This document shows positions 26,651 to 40,390 of a stretch of DNA of 64,000 bases, one piece after another. The stretch is taken from NCBI RefSeq assembly GCF_963921235.1, contig NC_086108.1, positions 80,354,001 through 80,418,000 of the forward strand, written 5' to 3'. Position 1 is the stretch's first letter; each line of letters begins with the position of its first letter. The stretch comes from Mobula hypostoma. Lineage: Eukaryota. Position numbers and translations under genes: made by a program. The notes under the pieces are model-generated. The model saw only the letters and a program-made list of their open reading frames with translations, searched no databases and was not told the origin of the DNA.

Positions 26651-27300
26651 TTGGAGAGAGTTCCTTGTGGATTTTATGTGGCAGTTTAAAAGGTGACGGG
26701 TCTGTCGGAACTTAATTGTGGAGCAGTAATTTGCTTGGATTATGAGTAATTTAGCAAGGGCTAATAAAAAGAAGCAAAGTGTAAGCAGAACAGCCACTGT
26801 TGGAGTAGGCCAGTGTTAGAGTGATCAGCCTTTGGCTCAACAAGCTTGGGGAAGAACAGACGCAGACTAGAACTTAAGCTTGAGAAGTTAGAGGTATAAC
26901 ACGTGTAGGCAGGATGGTAGTTCAGGCATTGGAATGCTCCTCCTGTGAAATGTGGGATTATAGGGTACCTGTGTGTCTCCCTGACGACTACATCTGCAGG
27001 AAATTCATCCACTGTAGCTCCTGATGGACAAGATCAAAGATATGAGGAGAATTTTTTTTTATAGCCAGTGGGTGGTAAGTAAGTGGAATTAATTGCCACA
27101 GATGGCTGTGGAAGCCAAGTTATTAAGTATATTTAAAGCTGAGGTTGATATGCTCTTGATTAGTCAGGGTGTCAAAGACTACAGGGAGAAGGCCCAAGAA
27201 TGAAGTTGAGAGGGATAATAAATTAGCATTGATGGAATGGCAGAGCAGATTCGATGGACCAAATGACCTAATTCTTCTCATATGCCTTATGGTCTCATGT
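26651..27300 (+). mobile_element. Internally deleted CR1 (5'UTR + ORF1 start joined to the ORF2 3' end), inserted in a pLTR
   Basis: ATG at 26914 reads MVVQALECSSCEMWD...PDDYICRK. CR1 3' terminal sequence follows from ~27040. pLTR sequence lies on both sides. Confidence 0.7.
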
Positions 27301-27699
27301 ACTGGTAAGGAAGGGGGCAGAAGCTAGAATAAGAAGCTGGGGGAAGGGGAAGAAGTACAAGCTGGCAGGCGATAGGTGAAACAGGGTGAGGGGGAAGGTG
27401 CATGGGTAGGGGTGGTGGGGGATGAAGTAAGGAACTGGCAGCTAAAACGGACTGCTTTGAAGAGCCTTGTTTTCATGCACGACTCTAATATGTTTCAAAA
27501 TGTGAAACCAGCTTTTATTTCAACTAAAGAGCCTCTCAGTTTGAACTCTGTAAATCTGCAAATCTGCAAAATGGCTTTTTACCCATCTTCTTGTCCAAAT
27601 GGCAAGCAAGCTTTTGGTGCTAGAGGAAGTGGTGGGGAGATAAAATAGTATTATTAAGAAGCACTTAGATCTTTTCTAAAATGTGGTTTCCTTTCTTCC

Positions 27700-28450
27700 T
27701 GCACACTCTGCTCTCACCCGCTCTCCTCTGGAGAGAATGAAGACAGTTTCCCTGGTATTCACCTTCTACCCCACCAGCCATTGTGTTCACTACATTATTG
27801 TTCACAATTTCTGCCCGCTCCAATGTAATCCCACCATCAGAAACATCTTCTCCCTTCCACCCCTTTCTGCATTTCTCAAGGACCATTCATTTTATGCTCT
27901 TCTCTCTTACCTACCCCTGCTACCTCACTGCCCATGTTAAAAATGTGGTCTCCTCTACACTGGAGAAACCAAATGCAGATTGGATAATCACTTTGCTGAA
28001 CATTTACATTTAATCTGCAGGAGTGATGCAGACATTCCATTACATGTTCCATGAATTCTCTCGTTTTATTCCTATTCCAGCCCGTCTGCCTGCTACTCTA
28101 CCACAGTGAGGCCAAACAAAAACTAGAAGGACAGAATCTTATCTTTGGTGCAGGCACCTTTAACCTGGGGGTCACCAACAGCTCTCTCATCATTTCCCTT
28201 CACCAGGCTTGCATCCTTTTCTCATGCAGTCTCTTTAAAATACCTCACTAACACTCATTACTCTTACTCCTTGCCCAAACCAATCTCCATCCGGTGTCAC
28301 TATTCCCCTCTGCTCTACTTTCAAAATTGTAAACCTGCCATTCTCGGCCAGTTCTGAGGAAGGCTTGCTGGCCCAAAATGTAAGTAGGTTTCACTTTCCA
28401 TAGATGGTGCTTGGCCAGCTGAGTTCCTCCAGCATTTCAGTTGTTGTTAC
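27700..28450 (+). mobile_element. Highly degraded Penelope-like element
   Basis: VSLVFTFYP and CGLLYTGETK-like remnants followed by a pLTR module. Confidence 0.65.
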
Positions 28451-31400
28451 CCTGAAAGTTTTCTCCATTCCTCCCTGAAGACATTAACTGCCTTTAAATG
28501 AGTGCAGATTACAGAGTAGGAACATTTCCTTGGTTCCTTTTCTAAGATACCCATTTTTTTTCAGAAATTGCTGAATGTTTTGCTTAGGCATTTTTGGTTG
28601 CATTAGATGGCTGACATTTACCAGATAACTAACTACCGCTGGGTCATTTCAGCTAAATTAATAAAATGGACCACAGTCTTTTATCGTCACAGCTGTGATT
28701 CTAAACTGCTGATTTATTCAAACACCAATTGTTCAACCGCACTAATCAAATCAAGGTTAATTGTCATTCAAACCATACATGGATGCAACAAGTGAGACAG
28801 TGTGTTGCTTTGATTTCCAGCATCTGCAGATTTTCTCTTGTCAGCATTCCTCTGGGCCCAAAGTGCAAAAACAGACACACACATTCAAAATAAAGAGAAA
28901 GGAAACAAGAACATAGTTACGTAGGAAAACAAAAGTTTAGACCAAATTCCTGAGCGACAAGTCCCACAAATTGATGGTTCCTGGGCGGTCTAGCCTGAAA
29001 TTCCACTGATCCACCACTAGAAGGCAGCATGGACAGGAGAGGCAAACCCGCAACCGACCCGGACACCATGCTGCAACGCAAGACCGAGGACTGAGGCCTA
29101 GTCCTAGCTGCAGCTCAGATAACACTGCTGCCTCACTGCCTGTCTCACCACCAAACAAGGGAAGCAGGCCTGCAGTAATTAACGTGCAGCAGGGTCTTGT
29201 GATTGTAAAAGAAACGTCCAAGACAGTCACTCATGATTTCACTGGATCCCACCTTTGAGCTAACTCAAAGGCACCCAGCTCCAGTGTCTCCGAGCAGCAG
29301 GCACCTGCGCGGTCTCCACCCTAGTCAGCTCTCCCAAACCCAATTCGGCTTCTCCTGTGGCCCGACTTAAATCCCCCGGCCTAAATCCCACTGATGACTT
29401 GAACATCAAAAATAAACTGCAGATGCTGGAAATCTAAAATAAAAACAGAAAATGCTGGAAATACTGAGCAGGTCTACCACTATAACCTCACAGTTTACCT
29501 CGGTAGGAATTTGCACCTTATTTTCTGCTTGCACTGTGCTTTCTGTTTAGCTGATACATTTTATTCTGTCATACTGTTTCCCCTTGTACAACCTCAGTGC
29601 ACTGTGTAATGAATTGACGTGTATGAACATTATGAAAGGCAAGCTGTTTATTGTATCTCAGTACAAGTGACAATAATAAATGTATTCCAATGTGGGAAGA
29701 GAAACAGAATTTACCATTTTACTGGCTTTATGAAACATGATTGCTTCCTTTTTAACTAATCCCAAGTCAAATCAAATCAAATTTAATTATCATTCAGACA
29801 ATACGTGGATATAGTTGAACGAGACAGCATACCTCTGGGGCCCAGGTACATAACGTACAATCAAAATAGCAAGAGAGAAAAATAAAAGAAGTCCTCTTAT
29901 TTGGTAAGAAAGTGAATGCACAGTAGAATTGTCAGTACATCACCTACTGAAATTGTGAAATTCTAGAGGATGTAAATATATTGGGAAAGCACTTGACAAT
30001 GGAACACAAAATTATTTATTGGTATGAAGTTTTCAATGAGATCACAAAGGCGTTTCACTGACAGAGTCAGTGGGACAACACAATAATATGTAAGCATTCT
30101 GCACAATACCAGGCTCTTTTCTATGAATACCTTCTAACAAAAATGTATTTGCACACTCTGATAGTTTGTGCTTACTGGTTAGCTCATCCACAGAAAAATA
30201 ATGTGAAAATCTGCATCATTGAACTGAACAACACAAAAGACCATTCAGCCCATCATGACAGCCCATTCTGTTTGCAGATTATTCAGCAAGCAAACTATCA
30301 TGGACCTTCCCCACTAATTGCACTCCTTAACAACTGGTCGTACTACATTTTTAGGCTCCTTACCCAAGAAAGGATATATTTTCTTTTGAAATGGAACGGC
30401 AAAGACTTACTAGGTTTCCGGGGATAGGCATTAGCCGAGACAGAAAAGGACAGAGCTTCAGGATAGATCAAAGAAGAAGTGAAGATCCTGCTGAAACATG
30501 TAATGCTCTTAACAGAATTGGCAGTGCAGCTGCTAAGACACTCTTCCCTCTGGCTATGTAGAGTTGAGCTGTTCCTCACCGTAGGAGGTAACAACTGTGA
30601 ACTTTCCTCAGATACGAAAGGTCTTGTTGCATTTGATGCAGTTGTAAATAAACTCTTTGGTATTACTACAGACAAGTGAGCATTAGCAACGTGAATCTTC
30701 CAGAGATTTTCTGAATTCTACCTCCATCTGTTAGAGAATTCCTTGGCAGCCATTACCACAAGTTGGGTCGCAGTGGCATCTGCTTTGACTTTGCACAGAG
30801 TTCCTTTCCTGTGAACTGGTTTATGTTCTGCCAAAACTTCTGCTAAAAGTTAATTGCCTCCAATGTGTCTTTCCATAAGGGGCTTTTCTGGCTTCGCTTT
30901 GATAATGGATGAACCCTACAGCAGTGTTGAAAGCTCACTGTTATATAGCCGCTGCCATTCATTGTTCCAACCAGAAAAATACTTTTCCCCCCCTCAGTCG
31001 TTGAGTAAATTCAAGGCTGATATCAACAGATTTTTGAACTCTGAAGTAAATCAAGGGACTTGGGGATTGAACAGGAAAACAGACTTGTGATAGTAGATCA
31101 GAATGATCTCATCCAACAGTGAAGCAGGCTTGAGGAGGCCAAAGACGTGCTCCAGATTTCGTATATTGTGTGATTGTATTTCCCACATAGTCATGCAAAC
31201 TTTTGTTTTTCAATCTTATATTCAAAATTCCTTTGAAAGTCACCACAGAATCCGCTCCACCATCTTTTCAGGAGGTGTATTGCAGATTATAACAATATGT
31301 AAAAGTTCTCAAACTCCTTTCTGGTTCTTTTATAAATTATCTTAAACTGGATTATCTTAAATCATGGAAACAGGAATGATATTTTTCATCTATGATGATA

Positions 31401-31669
31401 ATTTAAAATTTACTGTCCTGGATTTAAATGAAGCAGTTTTGCTCCATGAACTAGTGTTCCCTAGATAAGGTTGTAAGACTTTGAAAGAAACTTTTAGCCC
31501 ATCGAAATGAGAGGATTTAGGTTCTAGGTGTGATATGTGAAAGGAGGTGAAACACAAATGCTCTGGCCAAGTGAGGTGTTAATGCTAAGAGTTACCCATG
31601 GAATTTCTATTTTCAAGCACTAGCACTGGCCTAGGTGGACAGAGTCATCTTCCACCCATCAGGTTACAC

Positions 31670-32046
31670 ACATCGTGATGATCATCATCTTGTGCCATGT
31701 CATATGACGTGGGTGATCATGGTCTATCCATGACCATGATTGTTCTTGGCAAATTTTTCTGCAGAAGTAGTTTGCCATTGCCTTCTTTTGGGCAGAGTCT
31801 TTACAAGACAGGTGACCCCAGCCATTATCAACACTTTTCAGAGATGGTCTGCCTGGCGTCAGTGGTTGCAAAACCAGGACGAGTGATATGCACCAGCTGC
31901 TCATACGGCCGTCCACCACCTGCCTTCACATGACCCTGACAGGGAGGGGGCTAAGCAGGCGCTACACCTTGTCCACGGGTGATCTGCAGGCTTGCGGAAG
32001 GAAGGAGCACCTTTGGTAGAGTTATATCTCCACCCTGCCTCCCAAC
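31670..32046 (-). mobile_element. SINE-like retroposon with a (GAT)n tail and a 10-bp TSD
   Basis: TSD CAGGTTACAC at 31660-31669 and 32047-32056. (CAT)n run at the left end. Confidence 0.8.
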
Positions 32047-32204
32047 CAGGTTACACTTGCTGAGGCAGTAAAAACACGAAGAAAATCAGTGGCTCAAGCA
32101 AAATGTGTGGAGTCAAAGGGTTGGTTGATGTTCCATTGGTTTTTCCTGCCCTGCCTGGTTCCACGTGTCCATCAACCTCCCACTTCTCCCCTTCCTTAAT
32201 CTAT

Positions 32205-32440
32205 TTATTTAGAGGTACAGAATGGTAACAGGCACTTCCGGCCCAATGAGCCCGCAACACCCAAATATCTCATTGACCAATTAACCTGCTAACTTGCATG
32301 CTTTTGAAATGTGGGAGGGAACCGGGGCACCCAGAGGAAAACCATGCGGTGAGAGGAAGAACCTGCAAACTCCTTACAGACAGCAGCGGGAATTGAACTC
32401 ATGCTGCTGGTGCTACAAGCAGTGTTATACTAACCACCAT
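32205..32440 (-). mobile_element. V-type SINE
   Basis: Reverse-strand V domain (GTGGGAGGGAACCGGGGCACCCAGAGGAAAACCATGCGG). Confidence 0.7.
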
Positions 32441-35400
32441 GGGTATCATGAACCTGCCTCTGGCTTGCCCTTTCTCTCCTTTCTATATACTGGCTATCTT
32501 CCCTCTACCCTCCCAGCCCTGATGCAGGGTCTTGAGCCAAAGTACTTTCCATTCCTTTGCCTCCACAGATGTTGCTTGATCTGCAAAGTTCTTCCAGCGG
32601 CTTATTTTTTGCTCCAGGTTCCAGCATCTGCAGTTGCTTGTGTCCCTTCTCTCTGTCAGGTGTGGTTGCAGGTGAATTCCTCAAGGAGTTCAACGGGGAA
32701 GTACCATCTTGCATGGGCTGTGAGATCTGCTACTTAAGCCTGTGCCAAGTTAAAGCTCACACAAGTTTGGCAATCCTCATCCCAAGAAATGGCAGGAGCC
32801 ACTCAGAGAAGAATTATAATTTTTATTATCTTTTAAATTTACTGCATAATGCAAGCTTTTGAATTCCCAGCACTCGGTTGCTTTGATGTTACTGTGAACC
32901 TGGGGTGAAGCCCCATGAGCTGACAAACTGTGAGTTCAGCAAGCCACCTGTGCTGAAATCAGCACCACAGGGGGCCACTCCAAAGTGCTGGGATCCAGAG
33001 TCCCTGTGCAAACATTCGGTGGGAGCCAGGATGCAAGGAACAGAATCACCCAGAGAGAGGCAGCCAGTGAGTGAGAGACAACAGAAGATTTTCCCTAACA
33101 TGCAGCCTTCAGCTGGAAGGAGAGGACCATTTGCAATCCAATTCCAGTTTTGTGCTGATCTTGGTACAGATTTCACTAATTACTTACTTGAAAGAACATC
33201 TGTTTGGATCCTTGAAAGAAGGGGATTTGGAAGGCTTACAATGTCTCATGATCTGTGATGCAGTAAGAATACAATTTTTAGAACTTTATGAGCAGTGAAA
33301 AGAGAAAACAAGTATTGTTTAATACAAATATGCTTCAAATGCATTTGAACAGATTGCAATTATGAAACAGACTTTGATTTAAATGAATATTAAATGTGTG
33401 CTTCTTTTTGTCTTCTAAATTATTTTTCTAAATTTCAGGTGTATTTGGTCAGATGGTTATGGTCAATGGGACTAGGCAGGATAGCAGTTTATCATTGACT
33501 AAATGGGCTGAAGGGCCTCTTTCTGTGCTCAAGTGCTCTATGATCTTATGTTAATTTTTTAAAACTGTTGCCTTCAGCAGTATCAAGACAAGTGTCATCT
33601 GAGTCTTAGAAAGCTCTGGCAGAATTGTTCCATCTGATGTTCATAAAGTAGCATTTAGAACCTAGTGTTTAGAAGCAGTTGTTTGTACAAAACTAAACAC
33701 CTCAGCTAGGCATAAATGGTACAAAAGCAGAAGTAATGCTGTTTGTGAATGATTGTAGTAAAAGACTCCGCCAAGATGTGTAATTGTGCATTATCACAAA
33801 GCAAAGTGATTAACAATGCATGCAGTTCTGAAGGGGTCAAAAGGGTTATTACAATGCAATTCTCCCCCAGCATAATGTGAAAGCCATGAATGTCCTATGC
33901 TTAGAAGTTTTATAGATTATTTCTGGTCATTTTCCTGAAGCAAACATCTTTACCCGAATGGTGGGAGATGTGGAGCTTGTTATGAAATAGTAACTGCAGT
34001 GAAGAGTATAGTTGTATCTTAGGGGAGGTTGAAAAGAGCACAAGGGAATAGGTGGCTGTGTTGATTGATTTGGATGAGAAGAGACAGGACAAGTGTCAAG
34101 TGCAGCAAAATTTAAGCATATGGACTGGAGACACAAGAAACTGCAGACACTGGAACCTGGAGCCATGCAAGCAAGCTGCCGGAGGAAATCAGTGGGTCAT
34201 TGAAATAGAATTGTTGAGATGCTGCATCAGGACTGAGAGTGCGGCGGGGGGGGGGGGGTGATGACTAATATAAAGGGGAGAAGTGTGAGCCAGAAGTAGA
34301 TGATAAGTGGATCTAAGAGGAGTAAGGGATAATGGGCAGGCCAAGTCATAGCCCTATACACTGTATGTCCAACACCTAGTTTTGTCCCCTCCTATAACTG
34401 GTTCCACCCACCCACCATCCTTTGATCGATGTAGGTCAACCTACCAGCCCCTGCTTCCCCCCTTCCCCCTGCCTTTATGCTATCTACATTCTCGATGCAG
34501 GGCCTTGACCGCTCCTGTCCTTCCACAGCTGTTTCTTCCGGCAGTTTGCTTTAGTGATATTCTCGTAAATCTTCTTCACACCCTTTCCAGTTTAATGACT
34601 TCTTCCCTAAAAAAACAGACAATAACCAAAAAGTATACAGTAAAAACAATTGTTTAAAAAAAATAGAATCTGTGATTCTGCTGTGTTCCAAGACTTCCCT
34701 TATACTTATGTTGTCAGATATGTAACATCTGCCAGGCCTCCACTGGTTCAGCCTACTTTTCAATCAACCCATTGAAAACTGTTTTGGCTTATCACGGCAG
34801 GCAAATTACAATGCATTATGCTTCTGGTATTCACATGTAAGACATGGATGGCATCACTCACCAGCTGCACATTAATACAATGATCTTGCTTTCCCTTGAT
34901 AAGATTTGATAGGTTTTCAGTGTCAGGCATTCAACGCAGCATAAGCTCTGGTACTTGCATCCTGTCTCTGAGGGGATCCTGCTACTTGAGGAAAGCTTGC
35001 TTTTTGTTCAGCAGGGTCCATAGAGAAAGACAAAGTGTGAGGCCCACCTGAATAGAACATCCATCATCCTGATTTGGTGGTGCGCTGCTGATTGATTTAT
35101 GTGACTGTGGTTACCACAAGGCTGACTGGAATTACTCAGTGGTGTAAGGTTTCAGTGCTGTAATCACTTTAGCAGCTATCAACAAGGCAGTGTTCCTTGC
35201 TGGGGTGGGCTACAAGGCAGCAGGAAGGCATAACTCTTCAGCAGTTTATGTGGAAGGGGAAGCACAGCATCAAATACAATGCCTCATGGAAACACATGGA
35301 ACAGGAGCTCTGGCCTTTGTGAAGCACAAGGGATATTGGCACAATTGAAACAAGTGCCCTCTGTGACTCCACATTCTCTCAAACTGGTCTCCTTTACCTG

Positions 35401-35926
35401 TCTCTTCGTAAGAAAAAGGAAGGTGTGTGAAAATGTTGGGCCAAAATCACCAAAAGGTAAAATTAGAGAAAATCTCCAGAAACATGTAATAATTTTATCT
35501 GACAGAAGCCTCCTTTATCCAGTATCTACATCAGAGTTACAGCTGTGCTCCTACTGCGCATTATTTAATGGCCAGTTAATTGGAAAAATTGCAACAATAC
35601 TACTATTCCCCAACATCCTTTTTGCAGGTGGTAGTTTGATTCAGATCCAATATAAAGATTTAAAAGGGGTTAGCAAATCAAATCAGAAAACTACAGGCCA
35701 GTGAGTCTGACATTGGTGTTGGGTAAATTGCCTTAAGGGATTCGCAGGGACAGGAACCACCAACATTTGGAGAGACTGGGTCTGATTCAGGACACTCAGC
35801 ATGGGAATTTATTTCCGACAAATCTCTCAGAATTCTTCAAGGAGATAACCAAGAAGATAGATAGGGCAGAAGATTTTTATCCATCTGGATTTTAGCACGG
35901 CTTTTGACAAGGTACCTCAGGATAGT

Positions 35927-38413
35927 TGTGGTAAACCATGTATATAGGTTGTAACTGGGTTACCTGTCTGGACATGCCTGGACACACCCCTCTGCTGACT
36001 GCTCCTGTGGCTCCTTCCACAGACCCCTGAATAAAGGCGATTGTGTCACTGCTCCTCCCTCAGTCCAGGACAGACATATAGAAACATAGAAACATAGAAA
36101 ATAGGTGCAGGAGTAGGCCATTCGGCCCTTCGAGCCTGCACCGCCATTTATTATGATCATGGCTGATCATCCAACTCAGAACCCCGCCCCAGCCTTCCCT
36201 CCATACCCTCTGACCCCCGTAGCCACAAGGGCCATATCTAACTCCCTCTTAAATATAGCCAATGAACTGGCCTCAACTGTTTCCTGTGGCAGAGAATTCC
36301 ACAGATTCACCACTCTCTGTGTGAAGAAGTTTTTCCTAATCTCGGTCCTAAAAGGCTTCCCCTCGATCCTCAAACTGTGACCCCTTGTTCTGGACTTCCC
36401 CAACATCAGGAACAATCTTCCTGCATCTAGCCTGTCCAATCCCTTTAGGATCTTATACGTTTCAATCAGATCCCCCCTCAATCTTCTAAATTCCAACGAG
36501 TACAAGCCCAGTTCATCCAGTCTTTCTTCATATGAAAGTCCTGCCATCCCAGGAATCAATCTGGTGAACCTTCTTTGTACTCCCTCTATGGCAAGGATGT
36601 CTTTCCTCAGATTAGGGGACCAAAACTGCACACAATACTCCAGCTTTGGTCTCACCAAGGCCTTGTACAACTGCAGTAGTACCTCCCTGCTCCTGTACTC
36701 GAATCCTCTCGCTATAAATGCCAGCATACCATTCACCTTTTTCACCGCCTGCTGTACCTGCATGCCCACTTTCAATGACTGGTGTATAATGACACCCAGG
36801 TCTCATTGCACCTCCCCTTTTCCTAATCGGCCACCATTCAGATAATAATCTGTTCTCCTATTTTTGCCACCAAAGTGGATAACTTCACATTTATCCACAT
36901 TAAATTGCATCTGCCATGAATTTGCCCACTCACCCAACCTATCCAAGTCACCCTGCATCCTCTTAGCATCCTCCTCACAGCTAACACTGCCACCCAGCTT
37001 CGTGTCATCCGCAAATTTGGAGATGCTGCATTTAATTCCCTCATCCAAGTCATTAATATATATTGTAAACAACTGGGGTCCCAGCACTGAGCCTTGCGGT
37101 ACCCCACTAGTCACCGCCTGACATTCTGAAAAGGACCCGTTTATTCCCACTCTTTGCTTCCTGTCTGCTAACCAATTCTCCACCCACACCAATACCTTAC
37201 CCCCAATACCGTGTGCTTTAAGTTTGCACACTAATCTCCTGCGTGGGACCTTGTCAAGAGCCTTTTGAAAATCCAAATATACCACATCCACTGGTTCTCC
37301 CCTATCCACTCTACTAGTTACATCCTCAAAAAATTCTATGAGATTCGTCAGACATGATTTTCCTTTCACAAATCCATGCTGATTTTGTCCGATCATTTCA
37401 CCGCTTTCCAAATGTGCTGTTATCACATCCTTGATAACTGACTCCAGCAGTTTCCCCACCACCGACGTTAGGCTAACCGGTCTATAATTCCCCGGTTTCT
37501 CTCTCCCTCCTTTTTTAAAAAGTGGAGTTACATTAGCCACCCTCCAATCCTCAGGAACTAGTCCAGAATCTAACGAGTTTTGAAAAATTATCACTAATGC
37601 ATCCACTATTTCTTGGGCTACTTCCTTAAGCACTCTAGGATGCAGACTATCTGGCCCTCGGGATTTATCTGCCTTCAATCCCTTCAACTTACCTAACACC
37701 ACTTCCCTACTAACATGTATTTCGCTCAGTTCCTCCATCTCACTGGACCCTCTGTCCCCTACTTTTTCTGGAAGATTATTTATGTCCTCCTTAGTGAAGA
37801 CAGAACCAAAGTAATTATTCAATTGATCTGCCATGTCCTTGCTTCCCATAATCAATTCACCTGTTTCTGTCTGCAGGGGACCTACATTTGTCTTTACCAG
37901 TCTTTTCCTTTTTACATATCTATAAAAGCTTTTACAGTCCGTTTTTATGTTCCCTGCCAGTTTTCTCTCATAATCTTTTTTCCCCTTCCTAATTAAGCCC
38001 TTTGTCCTCCTCTGCTGAACTCTGAATTTCTCCCAGTCCTCAGGTGAGCCACTTTCTCTGGCTAATTTGTATGCTTCTTCTTTGGAATTGATATATCCCT
38101 AATTTCTCTTGTCAGCCACGGGTGCACTACCTTCCTTGATTTATTCTTTTGCCAAACTGGGATGAACAATTGTTGTAGTTCATCCATGCAACCTTTAAAT
38201 GCTTGCCATTGCATATCCACCGTCAATCCTTTAAGTGTCATTTGCCTGTCTATCTTAGCTAATTCACGTCTCATACCTTCAAAGTTACCCCTCTTTAAGT
38301 TCAGAACCTTTGTTTCTGAATATAGCATGGACGTGGATGCATTTTACTGGTAATAAAAGCCTTTCAGTATTTACTCTACTTCCCAGTCTTTTGGAGTAAT
38401 TGGTAGTGCATCA
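35927..38413 (+). mobile_element. Short solo LTR (~243 bp, TG...CA) interrupted by a young CR1
   Basis: Starts TGTGGTAAA, ends GTGCATCA, AATAAA at ~38352. Interrupts the older CR1. Confidence 0.65.
36082..38320 (-). mobile_element. Young CR1 LINE, copy B (5'-truncated; nonsense codon and frameshift)
   Basis: ORFs 36176..36775, 36803..37855 and 38062..38328. CGA>TGA at 36803. (AAACATAG)n tail. TSD (A)TATAG at 36076-36081 and 38320-38325. Confidence 0.95.
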
Positions 38414-39489
38414 ACAGGCTAGTCTGGAAGGTTAGGGTGCATGGGATCCAGATGGAGGGAGTGGATTGGATTCATTATTGACTTAATGGTAGGAAGCAGA
38501 GGTTGATGGTGGAAGTCTGTTTCTCAGACTGGAGGCCTGCGTGCCACCAGAGCTGGTGCTGGGACCTTTTATTTATAATCCATTTAAACAATTTGAATAT
38601 GAATATGGAAAGCATTGCTAGTAAGTCTGTGGATGATAACATAGAACGTTTTGAAAAATTACAGGGGGGGAATCTTGATTCATTAGGCATATGGATTGAG
38701 GATTGGCAAATGACTTTCTGTGCCGATAAATGAGAGTTATTGCATTTTGAGAGATCAAGTCAGGGTAGGGTTTATACAGTGAATGGTAGGGCCCTAGGGA
38801 GTATTATGGAACAGAGGGATCTTGGAGTGCAAGTGCATAGTTTGCTGAACGCAGCATCACAGGTAGATAGGGTGTCAAGAAAGGCATTTGGGATGTGGGC
38901 CTTCATTAATCAAGGCATTGAGAGTAGGAGCTTGGAATCTATGTTACAATTATAAAGGATGTTGATGAGGCTGCACTTGGAGTATTGTGTACAGTTTTGG
39001 TCACCTTCTATTAGAAAAGCAGTTATTGAAATACAAGGAGTACAGAAACGATGTAGCAAAATGTTGCCTGGTCTTGGGGCCTGAGTTACTAGGAATGTTT
39101 GTGTATACTAGGACTTTATTTAGCCAGAGGGTGGTGAATCTATGGAACTTGTTGCCACGGGCGGCAGTGGAGGCCAAGTCATTGGGTGTATTTAAGGCAG
39201 AGATTGATAGGTATCTGAGTAGCCAGGGCATCAAAGGTTATGGTGAGAAGGCGGGAGAGTGGGACTAATTGGGAGAATGGGTCAGCTCATGATAAAATGA
39301 CGGAGCAGACTCGATGGGCCGAATGGCCGACTTCTGCTCCTTTGTCTTATGGAACTCAGAAGTTTGAGGGAGTGACGAAGTAAATGTAAATAAGATCATT
39401 AGGGGAATAGACAAGGAGAAAGTAAATAATCTTTTTCTCAGGAAGGCAATACTTAAAACAAGAGGGCATAGGTTTAAGAACAGAAGTTG

Positions 39490-40390
39490 CATCATGGTCT
39501 GATATTGAAATACCAATGCTTACGAATAGAAAACCCTACAGATAGTGATGATACAGTCCAGTCAATCACAGGCAAACTTCTCCACACCATTGAACACATT
39601 TACAAGAAGCACAGCCACAAGGAGTAGTACCCATGATTAAGCTCCCCGCCCCGCCCCCCACCACCACACTCTTTTCTCACTGCTGCTGTCAAGGAGGAGG
39701 TACAGGAGCCCGAGGTCCCATACCACCAGCTTTAGGAACATTTATTACCTTTCAACGATCAGGCTCATGAACCAACATGGATAACTTCACTCACATCAAC
39801 TTTGAACTGATCCCACAACCAATGGACTCACTTTCAAGGACTCTGCAACTCGTGTTCTCAGTATTATTTACTGAATTTTTTTATTTGCACAGTTGTTCTT
39901 CTTTTGCACTTTGGTTGTCTGTTAGTCTTTCTGTATAGATTTTCATTGATTCTATTGTATTTCAATGTTCTACTGTGAATGCCTGCAAGAAAATGAATTT
40001 CAGGGTAGTATATAGTGAGTCTGTGTGGGAACGTGGCCAAGTGGTTAAGGCATTGGACTAGCGACCTGAAGGTTGTGAGTTCGAGCCCCAGACGAGGCAA
40101 CTTGTGTTGTGTCCTTGAGCAAGGCACTTAATCACACATTGTTCTGCGACGACACTGGTGCCAAGCTGTATGGGTCCTAATGCCCTTCCCTTGGACAACA
40201 TCGGTGTTGTGGAGAGGGGAGACTTGCAGCTTGGGCAACTGCTGGTCTTCCATACAAACTTGCCCAGGCCTGCACCCTGGAGAGTGAAGACTTTCCAGGC
40301 ACAGATCCATGGTCTCACAAGACTAATGGATGCCTTTACATAATGACATATTCATACTTTGATAATAAATTTACTTTGAACTTTGAACCA
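39490..40390 (+). mobile_element. Rex1/Babar-type LINE 3' region, split by a SINE
   Basis: LFSLLLSRRRYRS...HTTSFRN remnant and (CTTTGAA)n tail. Confidence 0.65.
40022..40340 (+). mobile_element. tRNA-derived SINE
   Basis: A box TGGCCAAGTGG, B box GTTCGAGCC, followed by GTGTCCTTGAGCAAGGCACTTAA. Confidence 0.85.

Larger units (their letters stand above)
35650..39350 (+). mobile_element. Old degraded CR1 (RT to 3' end), split by the nested LTR and young CR1
   Basis: YRPVSLT and LDFSTAFDKV-like remnants at 35690-35920. Coding remnants resume at 38414 and end with FSQRVVNLWNLLP and the 3' tail. Confidence 0.8.

Noticed and set aside
30343..30850. 110-aa Ser/Thr-rich minus-strand ORF with a GTAAG donor
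   Set aside because: In-frame stop at ~30718, no good acceptor and no recognisable homology.
32880..33260. GC-richer unique segment with overlapping ORFs and a CACCACAGGGGGCC motif
   Set aside because: No recognisable protein and a poor CTCF match. It could be regulatory, but that cannot be supported without conservation data.
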